Shown here: positions 60,505-64,000 of the stretch, one piece after another
Numbering within the stretch: position 1 is the first letter of the stretch
Layout of the letters: the number at the start of each line of letters is the position of its first letter
DNA from: Amoebophrya sp. A120
Lineage: Eukaryota > Protista > Dinoflagellata
Direction of reading: 5' to 3'
DNA: 64,000 nt
NCBI GenBank assembly: GCA_905178155.1
Contig: CAJINV010000002.1
Location: 1,733,216 to 1,797,215 of the forward strand
Translations under genes and position numbers: made by a program
The notes under the pieces: generated by a model
Told to the model about the DNA's origin: nothing
The model's input: only the letters and a program-made list of their open reading frames with translations
The model's database searches: none

Positions 60505-63166
60505 TCACCTCTGAAACCATTCTCGATTCCACTCTGGCATTTGCAGCGACCCGCCTTGCTGTTTTATCCTTTCCGCTGACAAGGTCAAGCATTCATACCC
60601 GTTTTCCGTGACCAGAAACGTGTGCTCAAACTGCGCACTGCGGGCTCCGTTCATGGTCACCGCGGTCCAGTCGTCGGGCCAAATGCCGTCGTGGCTGTTG
60701 TTCAACCCCAGATTGATCATCGGCTCGATGGTGAAAATGTGCCCCGGCTTCATGATCCCCGGCACCTTCGAGCCCTTGTAATGGGGGACCTGTTTTGACG
60801 ATTTTCATGATAATCGAGTTTGTCATGGAGCAATGGTGATAACAGCAGGCATTTGCCATGCGGAACAACAACCCAAAAGAATAGTGAGTACAATCGCGTG
60901 TGCCAAAACATCAATACCCCCACCAGCAACAATCAAACCTACATACCTGTGGCGGCCCGTGAAACAATTTTCCGACTCCGTGCCCACAATACGCTGTTAC
61001 CACAGAGCATCCTCTCCCCTCCGCGACCTTTGTTATCTGATTCCCCACCGACCGGTATAATGTTCCCGGCTTTATCGTCTTTGCCGCGGCCAACAGCGCG
61101 CTGTAGGCGGTTTCAACTAGTTTCGCGGACTCCTCAACTGTTCTTTTCTTCTCGTCCGGCAGTTTCTCGAAATACTCCGGGTCGGTGTAGGATTTCCCGA
61201 CCAAAAAGGTTTCGTTCAAATCCGCGTGGAAGCCTCTGCTGTAGACGGAAATGTCCAAGTTGATGATGTCTCCGTCCTCAAACGGCCGGTCGTCCGGAAT
61301 GCCGTGGCAAATCACTTCGTTTGCGGACACACAGACGGATTTGGGGAACCGGTAGTAGTTGAGGGGGGAAGGGTAAATCCGGCGGTCAATGCAGGCTTGG
61401 GTAATGATTTTGTCAATCTGGTCCCCGGTCACGCCGACGCAGACGTAGCTGTATTTGCAGTTATGAAGTGGATGAGCGGTGATATCTTTTGTCATACGGA
61501 ATTTCAACGCAGAAGCACGGGGCGCGGGCGCATGCTGCGTTTGTAAAACCGATCATGATGGTGATGTGTAGTGGGGCGCGCGAGGTGCAAGCTACGGTGC
61601 GCAAAGCTGTTTGAAATTATATGGTTGTCAGCACGATGCAATTTCTGATATCGACTCCGAATGGAATTTGTCATGCGTGATGGAACTGCAGAGAAAAATC
61701 TGTTTGACACAGTAGTACCAAGTTCCAACACTACGAAAAGATAGAAGTGTGCTTGGGTCGCAAATTGTGCCATTTATTTTCTGTAGCGGCAACATACCAA
61801 CACGTTGTTGCATTTTGAGAGCAACACGTGCAACTAGGAGCGCATATTTCGGTTCCTTGTATTAGTGCATTAGAAGACCCACTGCTCTTGCAAAAATGAA
61901 AATTTGCATACTCATACGAAAAAATCAAGTATAAGAGAACGAGTACCCGCTCGCCAAGTCCAGCACGTCTCTTCCCAGCCGGCACACTTCCCGCATGATC
62001 TCCAACTCGTCGCCCTTAACCACCTATCAAATGTAAAAATGTCTGGGTCTGGAAGAATGCCAGGTTTGTCATGCATATTTTGCATGACACATGATGCCTG
62101 TAATGCGTGGCCTAGCATCACAGATTTTGAGAGGGCTTTCTGGTGCGTATTCCGCATGAGAAATGCCCTCTCCGCGTAGCACAAACTGGACTCCTTTTGC
62201 TGGTCATGCAATACAGACTTTTTTGGAATCCAAACACAGCATCACAAGTTGCAATCTCCCAGACCCAGACATTTTTACATTTGATACCACCGGCACCACG
62301 TTTTCCGGGTGCTGCTGCTCGGAGAGACAATGTCCCTCTGGGTGGTCCGCGTAATCCGGGGCCTCGATGTAATCCGGCATCTTGACCTATGCATTGCAAA
62401 TATGTCTGGGTCTGGAAGGTTGCAACTTGTAATGCTAGCTTTCCATACCTAGTAAATCTGTATTGCATAACCTACAACAGTCGCAGCCTCTTTGTCTTTT
62501 GTTCATACAAACAACTTCTCATGCGGATTGCCCATGAGAAACCGTTCTGGAAGGTTGTCATGCTAGGTTGGATTCGGGACTGTTTCCATCATCCACATTT
62601 TAGCATCAGAAGTTTCCAGACCCAGACATATTTGCAGTTGATATCACCTGTTTCATCACCTTCCCGGGTCTCAGTTCCCCGCTAAAAACATACTCCTTCG
62701 GTCTCCTTCTCACCCGCCCTGGGGCCTCCCAATACTCGGGCTCTGGTTGCTTTTTCCCCATTTTCTTCTTCGCGGTGGTTATTGTAGTCGCTGACGTGGC
62801 CTGCTCGGATGATGGGTTATTTTTATCGCCGTTACTTGGTGCAGCTGCTGGGGTAGGAGGTTGTGTCGGTGCTAAACCCAAAACGTTCATGGCCCAGTCG
62901 TCGAATTTGAGAACTTCCTCTCCATCCTCATTGGTGTCCCAATACGCGCCGCGGAGCTTCTTGTTCCCCTTCTTTTTCGCCTTCTTCTTCGCATTTTTTG
63001 ATTTTTTCGCTGCGGAAGGCTCGGCGTCTTGTTGATCGGCGGTTGGGTCGGTGGGAGCATCGGCTGCGATTTTTGCGTCAGTTGCTGCTGCCACATCTTC
63101 CATAACAACATCTTCTGCTGCCGCGGGGTCTGGCTTCGCCGTTTTCTTCTTGCCGGCGGGAGCCAT
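60505..63166 (-). CDS. METAP1: Methionine aminopeptidase type 1, 5 exons, ~492 aa
   Basis: [75 protein letters not shown]. Joined frame is 1,479 nt. Confidence 0.95.
60790..60946 (-). other. Canonical GT-AG intron
   Basis: CAG|GTATGT...CAAAACAG|GTC restores P-Q-V-P-H-Y. Confidence 0.9.
61449..61946 (-). other. Canonical GT-AG intron
   Basis: GG|GTACTC...ATACAG|C restores S-G-Y-V-C-V-G-V-T. Confidence 0.85.
62025..62286. mobile_element. Family A introner (GT-AG compatible)
   Basis: TIRs, perfect TSD ccacc. Confidence 0.93.
62388..62643. mobile_element. Family A introner (GT-AG compatible)
   Basis: TIRs, TSD tgacc/tcacc. Confidence 0.92.
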
Positions 63167-63659
63167 TGTGTTTTATAGTTTTGGTAGGCGGGTGCGGGTG
63201 GAAAGCACGGGTATAATAACGTTGAGGAGGCTAGCAGCTTTGGGGGGCGATGAATTATACAAAGCACTTCCTTGTTTCTATGCTCGGAGACACAATAAAA
63301 GATTCCTGTTTGTAGTTATGGACAGAGCAGGTATGTAAGTACTTGTTAAACTTAAAGCTTAAGAGTGAAACAAGAAATAACGGTCTCGTAGGAGCTGATG
63401 AAACATGTGTAGTTGCTGTGCCATGTCAAGGGGAAAGTGCCATCGAGAGCTTCCTCGCGGTTGCCGAGGGACCTGAGTGCGGGTGGTGGCCGCAGTGGTG
63501 TGCCCGAATTCAATCTATCTACCATAAAATCTGCGGCGACGAGCCTCAGATGCCACAATTCTACCCACGAAGGAAGAACACTTTCTCTTTACGGGAAAAC
63601 ACACCAACGGGCGCTCCTGGCGCGTCACAGTGCGAAATTTGGTTCGACTGATCCAGGGG

Positions 63660-64000
63660 ACTGGCATGCCGCCGCCGCCACATTGATTGTTTGCAGCGTT
63701 TGCCAAAACGGCAATCGGTGAACTACCAGAGCGCCACACGGCACCGGCGCGCGGCTCCCTGAAAATACCTGTGGGCACGGGGACCACCATTGCCAGCCAA
63801 GGAGGGGCGGATGGCCCTCGCTCCCAGCGGGGCGGCCGGCTGGGTGGGAAACACAGCACGGGCGCCGGAGCGAAAATACACAAAACAGCTGCCTGCGGCC
63901 ACGCACGAAGGTAGGAAGAAAATGGGAAGCGGCAGGGACAGCAAAGGGCGGGGGCGCGGAACGGGCGAAGCCCCCAGCGGCCCGCGCGCACCCGGCCGAG
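63660..64000. other. GC-rich intergenic island, runs off the window
   Basis: Composition only. Confidence 0.5.

Noticed and set aside
7023-62685. Recurrent peptides in the ORF track ([37 protein letters not shown])
   Set aside because: They are translations of the family A TIR in different frames, not a protein family.
1-64000. tRNA, rRNA or dinoflagellate spliced-leader relics
   Set aside because: None recognised by eye. A covariance-model search would be needed to exclude them.

Overview
Eukaryotic genomic DNA with eight protein-coding genes, all on the minus strand: VPS15 (5' part only), a divergent protein kinase, a ~3,200-aa low-complexity protein, a TTC9-like TPR protein, a Cys-rich/coiled-coil/WW-like protein, a KH+SH3 protein, a ~2,200-2,800-aa repeat protein and methionine aminopeptidase 1. 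The reading frames are interrupted by about 43 short (141-340 bp) terminal-inverted-repeat elements, roughly 16% of the window, from about 10 TIR families. Nearly all start TAT and end ATA. Forty are flanked by 5-bp target-site duplications (28 perfect), and removing each element plus one TSD copy restored the frame at every junction I traced by hand. Only two can be read as GT-AG, and members of a family occur in both orientations, so they behave as non-canonical introner introns. This architecture matches that reported for the Syndiniales parasite Amoebophrya; the taxon is my inference. Also present: a 5'-truncated non-LTR reverse-transcriptase ORF nested in the VPS15 introner, nine GT-AG introns carrying the introners' internal motif, an intergenic palindromic Harbinger-like MITE and four very GC-rich intergenic islands. 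Coordinates were read by eye, and exon edges inside TSDs are ambiguous by up to 5 nt.
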